A DNA stretch of 64,000 bases, taken from positions 26,722 to 90,721 of the forward strand of contig JAUYHF010000007.1 of NCBI GenBank assembly GCA_030690165.1. The letters run 5' to 3'. A program made the position numbers and the translations under genes. Positions 28,112-37,120 of this stretch are shown here, in pieces. Each line of letters starts with the position of its first letter. The stretch's first letter is position 1. The notes below the pieces were generated by a model. The model saw nothing but the letters and a program-made list of their open reading frames with translations. It had not been told where the DNA came from and did no database searches. This DNA is from Deltaproteobacteria bacterium. Lineage in GTDB: Bacteria > Desulfobacterota > GWC2-55-46 > UBA9637.

Positions 28112-28152
28112 AAGATTATGCCATCCATCCTAAGGTTACTGCTATAAAACAT

Positions 28153-28308
28153 AAAAAAAAGGAGGAATTTTATTACAAGGTTGGTTGCTATTCTTCTATT
28201 ACTGGTCTTTATATCTTCAAGCCCTGCAATAGCAGGGGAGGTAAAATCTGTTACCCTTGAAGTGAAAGGGATGACATGTAACCTGTGTCCCCCGATGGTA
28301 AAGAAGGC
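28153..28308 (+). pseudogene. truncated, start-less duplicate of the merP 5' end (RBS plus about 45 codons)
   Basis: Near-identical to 21505-21662, including CTGGTCTTTATATCTTCAA..GGGATGACATG..CTGTGTCCCCCGATGGTAAAGAAGGC. The ATG is changed to ATT (TTTTATTACAAGG vs TTTTTATGACAAGG). Similarity ends at 28308. Confidence 0.8.
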
Positions 28309-28378
28309 TAAAAGATTGACTATTGAAATGAAGGTTATAAATCCATTAGATTATTTTAAAGAAAATCAAATTATAATT

Positions 28379-29062
28379 ATGATTATAAAATCTGCCGAAT
28401 TTATTAAAAGTAGTTCTTCTATTGAGCTTTGCCCTAAAATAACTGCACCTGAATTCGCTTTTATTGGCAGGTCAAATGTTGGCAAATCATCTTTAATAAA
28501 CATGTTGGTTAATAGAACCGGTCTTGCTAAAACCTCAGCAAAACCAGGGAAAACCAGACTAATTAATCACTTTCTTATAAACAAAAGCTGGTATCTGGTT
28601 GATTTGCCGGGATATGGATATGCATCAGCTTCAAAAGTAGAAATTGCAAAATGGAGTAAATTTATTGATGACTACCTTAGTAAAAGAGAAAACCTTGCAT
28701 GCCTTTTTGTGTTAGTTGACTCACGCATTGAACCTCAGAAAATTGACATGGAATTTATAAGTAATTTAAAGTTTCTGGGAGTTCCTTTTGTTCTTATTTC
28801 TACCAAAACTGATAAAATATCAAAACTGAAAATTGAAAGACATATTAAATCATTTAAAAGAGAGCTTATAGAAATGCGGGAGGAGTTGCCAACACACTTT
28901 ATGTCGTCTTCTAAAACTGCTACAGGCCGCAGTGAAATACTATCTCTGATTAAAAAAATCAACAATGAATGGAATCTTGATAAAACAATTGAAGAAGTAA
29001 AAAGAGGTAAAAAAGTGGAGTTAATTGGGGACACATATTCAGAACCGAAAAAGGAGATATAA
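28379..29062 (+). CDS. engB: ribosome-biogenesis GTPase EngB/YihA/YsxC
   Basis: MIIKSAEFIKSS...PEFAFIGRSNVGKSSLIN (G1), DLPGYGY (G3), STKTDK (G4). The listed 293-aa ORF (from 28181) is a read-through from the merP stub. Region is visibly A+T-rich. Confidence 0.85.
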   Translation: MIIKSAEFIKSSSSIELCPKITAPEFAFIGRSNVGKSSLINMLVNRTGLAKTSAKPGKTRLINHFLINKSWYLVDLPGYGYASASKVEIAKWSKFIDDYLSKRENLACLFVLVDSRIEPQKIDMEFISNLKFLGVPFVLISTKTDKISKLKIERHIKSFKRELIEMREELPTHFMSSSKTATGRSEILSLIKKINNEWNLDKTIEEVKRGKKVELIGDTYSEPKKEI

Positions 29063-29068
29063 TTTTTT

Positions 29069-31069
29069 ATGAACATCATTGACAAACTCTGTATAAATAC
29101 CCTGCGATTTCTTGCAGTAGATGCTGTAGAGCAGGCGAAATCAGGGCATCCCGGCATGCCCCTTGGCGCAGCGCCAATGGCATATACTGTGTGGGACCGC
29201 TTTCTTCGGCACAACCCTAAAAACCCTGCGTGGTTTAACCGCGATCGGTTCATACTTTCTGCCGGACATGGTTCCGCCCTGTTATACGCGCTTCTCCACA
29301 TGACAGGTTATGATCTGTCTCTTGATGATTTGAAACATTTCCGGCAGTGGGGAAGTAAAACCCCGGGTCATCCTGAATACAGACATACACCGGGGGTTGA
29401 GGCTACAACTGGCCCGTTGGGGCAGGGTTTTGCAATGGGCGTGGGAATGGCTATAGCCGAGAGATTTCTTGCCAATGTTTTTAATCGCCCTGATTTTACC
29501 GTTGCAGACCACTATACTTATGCGATTGTATCTGACGGCGATCTGATGGAGGGGGTATCGTCTGAGGCGGCATCTTTTGCAGGCGCAATGGGACTCGGCA
29601 AGTTGATATATTTGTATGATGATAACGATATTTCCATTGAAGGAAACACGGATTGCACCTTTACCGAAGATGTTCATGGTCGTTTTACTTCTTATGGGTG
29701 GCAGGTAGTCTCTGTAACTGACGGTAATGACATTAAAACAATTGAAGACGCTATAAAGGCTGCCATGGCTGAAAAGAATAAACCTTCGCTTATTATCATA
29801 AAAACCCATATCGGCTATGGCAGTCCAAAACAGGATACTGCCTCTGTGCATGGCGAGCCGCTTGGGAGTGAGGCGGCCAGAAAAACAAAGGAGAAACTTG
29901 GCTGGCCGCTGGAGCCTCTTTTTTACATTCCAGAAGAGGCATTAACTCATTTTAGGCAAGCTCAGAAAAGTGGGGCAAAATTGGAAATGGATTGGAACAC
30001 CCTTTTTGAAAATTATAAGAAGGCATATCCTGATTTGGCTGTCAAATTTGAACAGGCTGCCGGGGGCAAACTCCCAAAAGATTGGGACCATCTGTTATCT
30101 ATGTTTAAGCCTGAAGAGGGGAGTATTGCCACCAGAAGCGTATCAGGCAAGGTAATGAATGCTCTTGCAGGCGTTCTGCCTAATTTTATGGGTGGTTCCG
30201 CGGATCTCTCACCGTCAACCATGACTACCCTTAATGGCGGCGGTGACTTTAGTTCTGGAAACCAATCAGGCCGCAATATACATTTCGGTGTTCGTGAAAA
30301 TGCTATGGGAAGTATCATTAACGGCATGTCCATCCATGGCGGTGTTATACCTTACGGCTCTACCTTTCTTGTCTTTTCTGACTACATGCGGCCGGCTATC
30401 CGTATGGCAGCCCTTATGAAGGCCCATTCTATTTTCGTTTTTACCCACGACAGTATTGGACTTGGGGAGGATGGCCCAACGCATCAACCTATAGAACAAT
30501 TGATTGGGCTGAGAACTATACCGGGCCTTACCGTATTCCGTCCTGCAGATGCAAATGAGACTGTTGCGGCATGGAAATTAGCGGTTGAGCGGAAGGGGCC
30601 TGCGGTTCTGGTGTTGACAAGACAGAAGCTGCCAATATTGGATCCGCAAAAATATCCAATTGCCGAGGGTGTTTCAAGAGGTGGATATATTCTAACAGAT
30701 GCTGATAATGCTCATCCCGATATCGTGTTGATTGCCACTGGCTCTGAGGTTCATCTTATTTTGGCTGCGCATGGGCAATTGACAAATCAAGGTATAAAGG
30801 CTCGCATCGTATCCATGCCGTCGCTGGAGCTTTTTGACGAACAGCCTGCAGAATACAAAAGGCATATCCTCCCGCCTAATATAGTGAAACTATCTGTAGA
30901 GGCCGGCAGCCCAAAGGGTTGGCGGGAGTATGTGGGTGATACAGGGGATGTGATCGGGCTTAACCGTTTTGGCGCATCTGCGCCGGGTAATACTGTTATG
31001 GAGATGCTTGGATTTAATGTGGAGAATGTAGTTAAACGGGCTATGGCCTTGGTGCGAAGAAGGGAATAA
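29069..31069 (+). CDS. tkt: transketolase
   Basis: 666 aa; [40 protein letters not shown]. Confidence 0.97.
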   Translation: MNIIDKLCINTLRFLAVDAVEQAKSGHPGMPLGAAPMAYTVWDRFLRHNPKNPAWFNRDRFILSAGHGSALLYALLHMTGYDLSLDDLKHFRQWGSKTPGHPEYRHTPGVEATTGPLGQGFAMGVGMAIAERFLANVFNRPDFTVADHYTYAIVSDGDLMEGVSSEAASFAGAMGLGKLIYLYDDNDISIEGNTDCTFTEDVHGRFTSYGWQVVSVTDGNDIKTIEDAIKAAMAEKNKPSLIIIKTHIGYGSPKQDTASVHGEPLGSEAARKTKEKLGWPLEPLFYIPEEALTHFRQAQKSGAKLEMDWNTLFENYKKAYPDLAVKFEQAAGGKLPKDWDHLLSMFKPEEGSIATRSVSGKVMNALAGVLPNFMGGSADLSPSTMTTLNGGGDFSSGNQSGRNIHFGVRENAMGSIINGMSIHGGVIPYGSTFLVFSDYMRPAIRMAALMKAHSIFVFTHDSIGLGEDGPTHQPIEQLIGLRTIPGLTVFRPADANETVAAWKLAVERKGPAVLVLTRQKLPILDPQKYPIAEGVSRGGYILTDADNAHPDIVLIATGSEVHLILAAHGQLTNQGIKARIVSMPSLELFDEQPAEYKRHILPPNIVKLSVEAGSPKGWREYVGDTGDVIGLNRFGASAPGNTVMEMLGFNVENVVKRAMALVRRRE

Positions 31070-31080
31070 AAGGAGGTCGT

Positions 31081-31989
31081 ATGGAACTTGGTATGATAGG
31101 ATTAGGACGGATGGGCGCCAATATGGCGGAGAGGCTCCTCAAAGGCGGTCACCGGGTTGTGGGGTATGCCCGCACACGCGATAAGGTGGAATATATCGTA
31201 AAAAAAGGCGGCGCAGGCGCATCCTCTCTTGAGGAAATAACCAAATTGCTTAAACCACCAAGGGTCATATGGCTCATGGTTCCGGCAGGCGAGGCAGTGG
31301 AAGAGACAATTAAAGGACTGCTCTCCTGTGTCGCAAAAAACGACCTGATTGTAGATGGCGGTAATTCATATTATAAAGATTCTATCAGAAGGGGATTGAT
31401 GCTGAAAGAGAAAGGGATTCACTATGTTGATGCAGGTGTAAGCGGCGGTATATGGGGTTTAAAAGAAGGTTACAGCATCATGGTCGGTGGAGAGAAACCG
31501 GCAGTTGACAGGCTTATACCACTTATCAAGACACTCGCCCCTGCTGAAGATAAGGGGTGGGGGCATGTGGGGCCGGGCGGCGCAGGCCACTTCGTGAAGA
31601 TGGTTCACAATGGTATAGAGTATGGCATGATGCAGGCGTATGCAGAAGGGTTTTCCCTGATGAGGCATAAGGAGGGATTTAACATGGACCTCCACCAGAT
31701 TGCTGAAATCTGGAGGCACGGGAGTGTGGTCCGTTCGTGGCTCCTTGACCTGACTGCCGACGCCCTTTCTCAAGACCCTGATTTCAAGGCAATAAAACCC
31801 TATGTGGCAGACTCGGGTGAAGGGAGATGGACAGTATCCGAGGCAATTGACCTGAATGTCCCTGCGCCGGTGATTACCTTGTCGCTTCTCCAACGGCTCC
31901 GCTCCCGTGATCTGGAGTCTTTTTCAGACAAGCTCATTGCTGTCATGAGGGATAAATTTGGCGGACATGGAATAAAGAAGGAAGAATAG
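31081..31989 (+). CDS. gnd: 6-phosphogluconate dehydrogenase (decarboxylating), short ~300-aa type
   Basis: GMIGLGRMGANMAERL Rossmann motif and GAGHFVKMVHNGIEYGMMQAYAEGF. Confidence 0.9.
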   Translation: MELGMIGLGRMGANMAERLLKGGHRVVGYARTRDKVEYIVKKGGAGASSLEEITKLLKPPRVIWLMVPAGEAVEETIKGLLSCVAKNDLIVDGGNSYYKDSIRRGLMLKEKGIHYVDAGVSGGIWGLKEGYSIMVGGEKPAVDRLIPLIKTLAPAEDKGWGHVGPGGAGHFVKMVHNGIEYGMMQAYAEGFSLMRHKEGFNMDLHQIAEIWRHGSVVRSWLLDLTADALSQDPDFKAIKPYVADSGEGRWTVSEAIDLNVPAPVITLSLLQRLRSRDLESFSDKLIAVMRDKFGGHGIKKEE

Positions 31990-31991
31990 CT

Positions 31992-33449
31992 ATGTCTAAA
32001 ACAGATATAGAACCGCATATCTTTATTATTTTTGGCGCAACAAGCGATTTGATGCGCCGAAAACTTGCCCCCTCCATCTTAAGTCTTGCCGCCAGAGGCC
32101 TGCTAAAAGAAAAATGCTTAATCCTCGGTGTTGCCAGGACATCTGATTTGGATGATATATCATTTAGGTCTCATATTCGCGAGATTTTTACAGGGTCTGC
32201 TTTAAAAGATAAATTAGATATAGAGTGGTGCAATAGCTGTGTTTATTATCAATCTATCGGGTCCGGAGATGCTGAAGATTACAGAAGGTTGGCAGCCCGC
32301 ATTGCAGAATTGGAAAAGGAACACATGCTTCCGGAAAACCGCATATTCTATCTTGCCCTCCCGCCCGATGCCTTTCCTCCAATCATCAAAGGACTTGGCG
32401 AGGCAGGGCTTAATACCAGTCATGGCTGGACACGGGTGGTCATAGAGAAACCCTTTGGCCGCGACCTTGCATCTGCGCAGGCATTGAATCGGTTAGCGCA
32501 TGATTACTTCGATGAGTCTCAGATCTACCGCATTGATCACTATCTCGGCAAAGAGACGGTGCAGAACCTTCTTGCCTTCCGCTTCTCCAATACCATTTTT
32601 GAGTCCCTCTGGAACCGCGACAGGATAGAACAGGTAGAGATAACCGTTGCTGAAGAACTCGGAATAGGGAAACGTGCCAGTTATTATGAACAGGCCGGCG
32701 CTTTACGGGATATGGTGCAAAACCATCTTACACAGCTTCTAACTCTCATAGCGATGGAGGCGCCTCCTGCCTTTGATGCAGACGCTATCCGCGGTGAAAA
32801 GATAAAGGTGCTTCGCTCCCTTGCCCCTATCCGGCCAGAGGATGCTGTTTTCGGCCAATATACGAGGGGGCAGATAAATGGCAGTGAGGCGCGCGGCTAC
32901 AAAGATGAGGCATCGGTATCACCGCTTTCTACAACTGAAACTTACGCTGCCATCCGCGTTGAGATTGCAAATTGGAGATGGCAGGGTGTGCCTTTTTACC
33001 TTCGGACAGGCAAGTGTCTTGCAAAAAAGACCAGCGCCATTGTGGTTACCTTTCGCTATCCGCCGATATCGATATTTCAGCCGTTTCAATCATGTAATAT
33101 ATGCTCCAACAGGCTGGTCATTACACTTCAGCCTGACGAAGGCTTTGACCTTTATTTTGAGGCAAAATCTCCGGGTGAACCTTTTACCATTAAAACCCAT
33201 AATCTCCACTTCCGTTATGATGAGGTTTATGGCCATCTCCCTGATGCGTATGAGACCCTTTTGTTAGATATCATGGAGGGGGACCAGACCCTCTTTATCC
33301 ATGCTGATGAAACTGAAAATGCCTGGCGTCACTATACCCCTTTACTGGAAAAGCGGCCGCTGGTTTACCCGTATGCTGCCGGCACATGGGGGCCTGCAGA
33401 AGCAAATCACCTTTTTAAAGGCACAGTTAAGATATGGACAACGCTGTAA
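31992..33449 (+). CDS. zwf: glucose-6-phosphate dehydrogenase
   Basis: IFGATSDLMRRKL and RIDHYLGKE active-site motif. Confidence 0.96.
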   Translation: MSKTDIEPHIFIIFGATSDLMRRKLAPSILSLAARGLLKEKCLILGVARTSDLDDISFRSHIREIFTGSALKDKLDIEWCNSCVYYQSIGSGDAEDYRRLAARIAELEKEHMLPENRIFYLALPPDAFPPIIKGLGEAGLNTSHGWTRVVIEKPFGRDLASAQALNRLAHDYFDESQIYRIDHYLGKETVQNLLAFRFSNTIFESLWNRDRIEQVEITVAEELGIGKRASYYEQAGALRDMVQNHLTQLLTLIAMEAPPAFDADAIRGEKIKVLRSLAPIRPEDAVFGQYTRGQINGSEARGYKDEASVSPLSTTETYAAIRVEIANWRWQGVPFYLRTGKCLAKKTSAIVVTFRYPPISIFQPFQSCNICSNRLVITLQPDEGFDLYFEAKSPGEPFTIKTHNLHFRYDEVYGHLPDAYETLLLDIMEGDQTLFIHADETENAWRHYTPLLEKRPLVYPYAAGTWGPAEANHLFKGTVKIWTTL

Positions 33450-34189
33450 GTCAAGAAGTCCGTATATATCCAGATATAGAATTGTTGAGCCATGAAGCAG
33501 CCAGGGAGATGGTTTATCTGATATGTACTGTTGCGGCAGAGAAAGGCAGATTTACTATCGCACTGTCCGGCGGCCGCACCCCTGTAGCCCTCTACCAACT
33601 CATAGCCGGCAAGTACAGCAGCCGGATTCCATGGGACAAAGTCCATATTTTCTGGGGGGACGAGAGATATGTTCCTGCGGGCCATGCAGACAGCAATTTT
33701 GCAATGGCCTCTAAAACGCTTATATCTCATATAAACATACCAACTCAAAATGTCCATCCTGTTCCTATTGAATTGAAACCAATAGAAAGGGTTGCAGAGG
33801 CGTATGAGCAGATGCTTAAGGGTTTTTTTTTAAGGGAATCTTCTTTCCCTTGCCTTGACTTAATACTGCTTGGCGTGGGAGAGGATGGGCATACAGCCTC
33901 ACTTTTTCCTGGAGATTCTGCTATAAGAGAGATGCATAGATTGGTTATGCCTGTTATTGCCCCAGCCAATTATCCTCCAAGAAATAGGATAACCCTTACC
34001 CTTCCTGTAATAAACAGCGCGGACAATGTCTTCTTTATTGCGGCGGGGAGTGAAAAAGGCAAGGTTATTCGCTCCATTCTTGAGGATAGAAAAACTACCG
34101 GAAGGCTTTATCCGGCAGCGATGGTGCAGCCGAAGGGACGCATTATTTGGTTTCTGGATAACAAGGCTTACACCTCACATAAAAATTAA
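33434..34189 (+). CDS. pgl: 6-phosphogluconolactonase
   Basis: ALSGGRTP...WGDERYVP...LLGVGEDGHTASLFPG. Overlaps the zwf stop. Confidence 0.93.
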   Translation: MDNAVSQEVRIYPDIELLSHEAAREMVYLICTVAAEKGRFTIALSGGRTPVALYQLIAGKYSSRIPWDKVHIFWGDERYVPAGHADSNFAMASKTLISHINIPTQNVHPVPIELKPIERVAEAYEQMLKGFFLRESSFPCLDLILLGVGEDGHTASLFPGDSAIREMHRLVMPVIAPANYPPRNRITLTLPVINSADNVFFIAAGSEKGKVIRSILEDRKTTGRLYPAAMVQPKGRIIWFLDNKAYTSHKN

Positions 34190-34920
34190 TGAACCGGATC
34201 AATATGAAGAAACCCCCTTTGCTGACATGGCTCAAGGCGCTCATAGTTGCAGTCCTTATCATAGGGCTGTTTGCGGCTTTCAGGTATTCTGACCTCTCTT
34301 CCAGATTGCGTGATGTGTTGGCATGGATAGAAAACCTGGGATGGATCGGTGTTGGCGCTTACATTCTCATATACATTGCGGCATGTGTATTTTTACTTCC
34401 CGGGTCAGTTCTGACGCTTGGGGCAGGTGTTGTTTTTGGTGTAGTCAAGGGCTCCATAATTGTCTCCATTGCATCAACTCTGGGCGCAACCATAGCATTT
34501 CTCACCGGCCGTTATATCGCGCGGGGTTGGGTTGTGCGTCAGATTGAAAAGAGGCCTTTTTTCCGGGCAATTGATGAGGCGATTTCGGCAGAAGGCTGGA
34601 AAATCGTCCTGTTGACACGCCTGTCTCCGGTATTTCCATTCAGTCTTATGAATTACGCATTGGGACTGACCCCTGTAAAGTTAAAGGATTATGTTCTGGC
34701 CTCGTGGATTGGTATGCTTCCGGGGACAGTTATGTATGTCTACATTGGTTCACTGGCCGGAAGTCTTGTATCCCTGGGCGGAGCCGCCAACGGACGGCAG
34801 CGGTCTACCGGCGAGTGGGCGCTTTACGGAATCGGCCTTTTGGCCACATTAATCGTCACGGTATATGTCACACGCATTGCTAAACGCGCTTTATCGCAAA
34901 AAATAAGCAAGGTAGAATGA
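34189..34920 (+). CDS. TVP38/TMEM64 (VTT-domain) membrane protein, copy 2
   Basis: LPGSVLTLGAGVVFGVVKGSIIVSIASTLGATIAFLTGRYI...LTRLSPVFPFSLMNYALGLT. Confidence 0.85.
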   Translation: MNRINMKKPPLLTWLKALIVAVLIIGLFAAFRYSDLSSRLRDVLAWIENLGWIGVGAYILIYIAACVFLLPGSVLTLGAGVVFGVVKGSIIVSIASTLGATIAFLTGRYIARGWVVRQIEKRPFFRAIDEAISAEGWKIVLLTRLSPVFPFSLMNYALGLTPVKLKDYVLASWIGMLPGTVMYVYIGSLAGSLVSLGGAANGRQRSTGEWALYGIGLLATLIVTVYVTRIAKRALSQKISKVE

Positions 34921-34974
34921 TATGAGCTGTTGTGGAAACTTCTGCAACAAAAATAATTTTACCAGACTATATTT

Positions 34975-34990
34975 TGTAATATAGCATACA
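34975..34990. promoter_or_regulatory. CRP-like box TGTAA-N6-ATACA (site 2), part of a 24-nt repeat
   Basis: TGTAATATAGCATACAGAAAAATT is identical to 35583-35606. Upstream of the AhpD-like gene. Confidence 0.45.
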
Positions 34991-35050
34991 GAAAAATTTT
35001 ATAGATCTCTATAAAATGATTTATATAAATTAAGAAGGAGGTAAATTGCT

Positions 35051-35581
35051 ATGGATAGAATCAAATCTTTAAATAAAAATGTAGCAGCAGGAGAGGTAAA
35101 AGAAATATTGGAAGAGATCGAGAAAAATTTTGGAATGATCCCCAACTTGTTTAAAACCTATGCCCATTTTCTGCCCCTTTTAAAAGCGAATTGGAACAAG
35201 GTAAAAGAAGTAATGATGCAGGGAGACCTGAGCAATAAGGTAAAACAGACCATTGCGGTTCTGGTTTCCAAGGACAATAACTGCAAGTATTGCATAGCCG
35301 CTCATACTGCTGCGTTAAAATCCATTGGGGTTTCAGATGAAGAAATCAAAATAATTGAGGATGATGTCAGACGTTCAGACTTCAGTGAAAAAGAAAAAGC
35401 GATTATCGGTTTTGTCCGGAAAGCGAATCTCGAACCTCTGAAGATTTCCGATGCCGAATTTAATTCGCTCCGACAATCAGGCGCTTCGGACAGCGAAATC
35501 ATTGAGGCACTTGGGGTCATGGAATTATTTACCGGGTTCAACAAGTTCCTCGATTCTCTACAGATCGGTATTGATTTCTAA
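35051..35581 (+). CDS. carboxymuconolactone decarboxylase/AhpD-like family protein
   Basis: 176 aa; NNCKYCIAAHT (CxxC-x2-H AhpD-type motif). Confidence 0.8.
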   Translation: MDRIKSLNKNVAAGEVKEILEEIEKNFGMIPNLFKTYAHFLPLLKANWNKVKEVMMQGDLSNKVKQTIAVLVSKDNNCKYCIAAHTAALKSIGVSDEEIKIIEDDVRRSDFSEKEKAIIGFVRKANLEPLKISDAEFNSLRQSGASDSEIIEALGVMELFTGFNKFLDSLQIGIDF

Positions 35582-35582
35582 A

Positions 35583-35598
35583 TGTAATATAGCATACA
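35583..35598. promoter_or_regulatory. CRP-like box TGTAA-N6-ATACA (site 3), upstream of crp copy 2
   Basis: Same 24-nt word as 34975-34998. Confidence 0.45.
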
Positions 35599-35632
35599 GA
35601 AAAATTCAATAATAAGGTGTAGTATTATTATC

Positions 35633-36316
35633 ATGAATAAACTCTGGTACCTAAAACAATGCGATATATTTAGCGGTATGGATAAAGATAAATTAGATAA
35701 AATCAACGATATTGCAAAAGAAAGGCATATCCCTAAGAATGAATTTATCTATTCCGCTCAGGACAAAGATGATCGGATGTTTATTCTTAAAAAAGGGAGG
35801 GCAAGGATTTTTAAGGTCTCAGCAGATGGTAAAATGATTACCTTATCTATTCTGAGAGAAGGAGATATTTTTGGAAGGATGTCAGCAGTAAGAGGAGGAA
35901 CCTCCGGGGCCTACGCCGAGACTTTAGAGGATTCCTATATCTGTGTAATCCATCAGGATGATTTTCATAATGCAGTTAAGGAGATGCCGGAGATTGCATT
36001 GAGATTGATCGAATTAATAAACCATAGGCTAAAAGAGGCAGAGGATAGAATAGAAGATTTGGTTTTCCGTAATATCCCTGGCAGAATTGCAGGTATCCTT
36101 TTGAAACTGGCTGAACAGTTTGGAAAAGATACCAGTGAAGGGATTCAGATTAATTTCAAGATTACTCATCAGGAATTGGCTGATATGGTTGGAGCCACAC
36201 GCGAAACCGTTACTATTATTTTAAATGACTTTAAGAATGATAACTTGATAAAGATAAGTGAAAAATATATCACCATAATTGATGAGAAGATATTAAAAGA
36301 ATGGGCTGGAAGGTGA
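35633..36316 (+). CDS. Crp/Fnr-family transcriptional regulator (copy 2)
   Basis: 227 aa; cNMP-binding domain plus HTH (THQELADMVGATRETVTIILNDFKN). Paralogous to 25035-25706. Confidence 0.9.
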   Translation: MNKLWYLKQCDIFSGMDKDKLDKINDIAKERHIPKNEFIYSAQDKDDRMFILKKGRARIFKVSADGKMITLSILREGDIFGRMSAVRGGTSGAYAETLEDSYICVIHQDDFHNAVKEMPEIALRLIELINHRLKEAEDRIEDLVFRNIPGRIAGILLKLAEQFGKDTSEGIQINFKITHQELADMVGATRETVTIILNDFKNDNLIKISEKYITIIDEKILKEWAGR

Positions 36317-36351
36317 GAGAAAGAGCGAGTCCGATTGATGGAAAAAATAAA

Positions 36352-36570
36352 ATGATATCAAAATCTATAATTCAATGCCCTGAATGCGGATTTAAAAAGG
36401 AAGAGGTGATGCCGGAAGATTCTTGCCAGTATTTCTACGAATGTACAAATTGTAAAACACGCATAAAGGCAAAACATGGAGACTGTTGTGTCTTTTGTTC
36501 TTATGGAAGTGTTAAGTGTCCGTCAAAACAAAATGAGAATAAAGAATTAAAGGGAGGTAAAGATGTTTAG
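36352..36570 (+). CDS. GDCCVxC-domain Cys-rich metal-binding protein
   Basis: CPECGFKKEEVMPEDSCQYFYECTNCKTRIKAKHGDCCVFCSYGSVKCP. The start is uncertain (ATG 36352 vs 36301, which overlaps crp). Confidence 0.65.
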   Translation: MISKSIIQCPECGFKKEEVMPEDSCQYFYECTNCKTRIKAKHGDCCVFCSYGSVKCPSKQNENKELKGGKDV

Positions 36571-37093
36571 AAAGATAAAGATATTAATGGTTATTGTCAT
36601 GATTGTATTGATCACATTTTTGGGGAGCAGCCTGTTTGCCGAAGGGAAGAAGACAATCCTCTTCCACCTTAAGACAGGCCTTAAGCAAGACGATGCCCAG
36701 ATATGTGTGGCGTATAACGAGATATGGGCAGCCATGGAATCCGGATTCAGTGTAGATGTGCTTATTGATGCCAGTGCAGTAAATACTTATAAAAGAGGGT
36801 TCTTTGGGAAGGACTCTTTGGAAAACTATAAACTGCCTGAGGGTATGCGGCAGGTACTGGCGCATCAATTCAATATCCCGATACAAAAGGTGCCTCAGGT
36901 TTACGGTGAATATTTAACTATGCTCCACAATAAAGGCGCCGTCTTTTATATCAATAGTGAGATGATGATTACTGCTGGTATTGCCAGGGATGAGAATGAC
37001 ATGGAAAAGATCTCGGCAAAATTCTTTAAACCTATTAGCATGAAAAAGATCATTGAACTCCGGACAAAGGCGGATTATTATCTGGCTTATTAA
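36563..37093 (+). CDS. secreted hypothetical protein, possibly DsrE/DsrF-like fold
   Basis: Signal peptide, then KKTILFHLKTG..DDAQICVAYNEIWAAMESGFSVDVLIDASAV, which resembles the DsrE-family N-terminal pattern. Weak call. Confidence 0.3.
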   Translation: MFRKIKILMVIVMIVLITFLGSSLFAEGKKTILFHLKTGLKQDDAQICVAYNEIWAAMESGFSVDVLIDASAVNTYKRGFFGKDSLENYKLPEGMRQVLAHQFNIPIQKVPQVYGEYLTMLHNKGAVFYINSEMMITAGIARDENDMEKISAKFFKPISMKKIIELRTKADYYLAY

Positions 37094-37120
37094 GCCGGAA
37101 TAAACAAAAAGGAGCATTTT

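Noticed and set aside
28181-29062. 293-aa ORF as one genuine protein (MerP-like N-terminus plus EngB)
   Set aside because: The first ~43 codons are a duplicated merP fragment whose ATG is mutated. EngB homology starts at MIIKSAEF (ATG 28379). The fusion is a read-through artefact of the open frame.
34922-34984. 20-codon Cys-rich ORF MSCCGNFCNKNNFTRLYFVI right after TVP38-2
   Set aside because: It has no Shine-Dalgarno, runs into the Crp-like box, and is too short to distinguish from chance. It is mentioned only because of the Cys theme.
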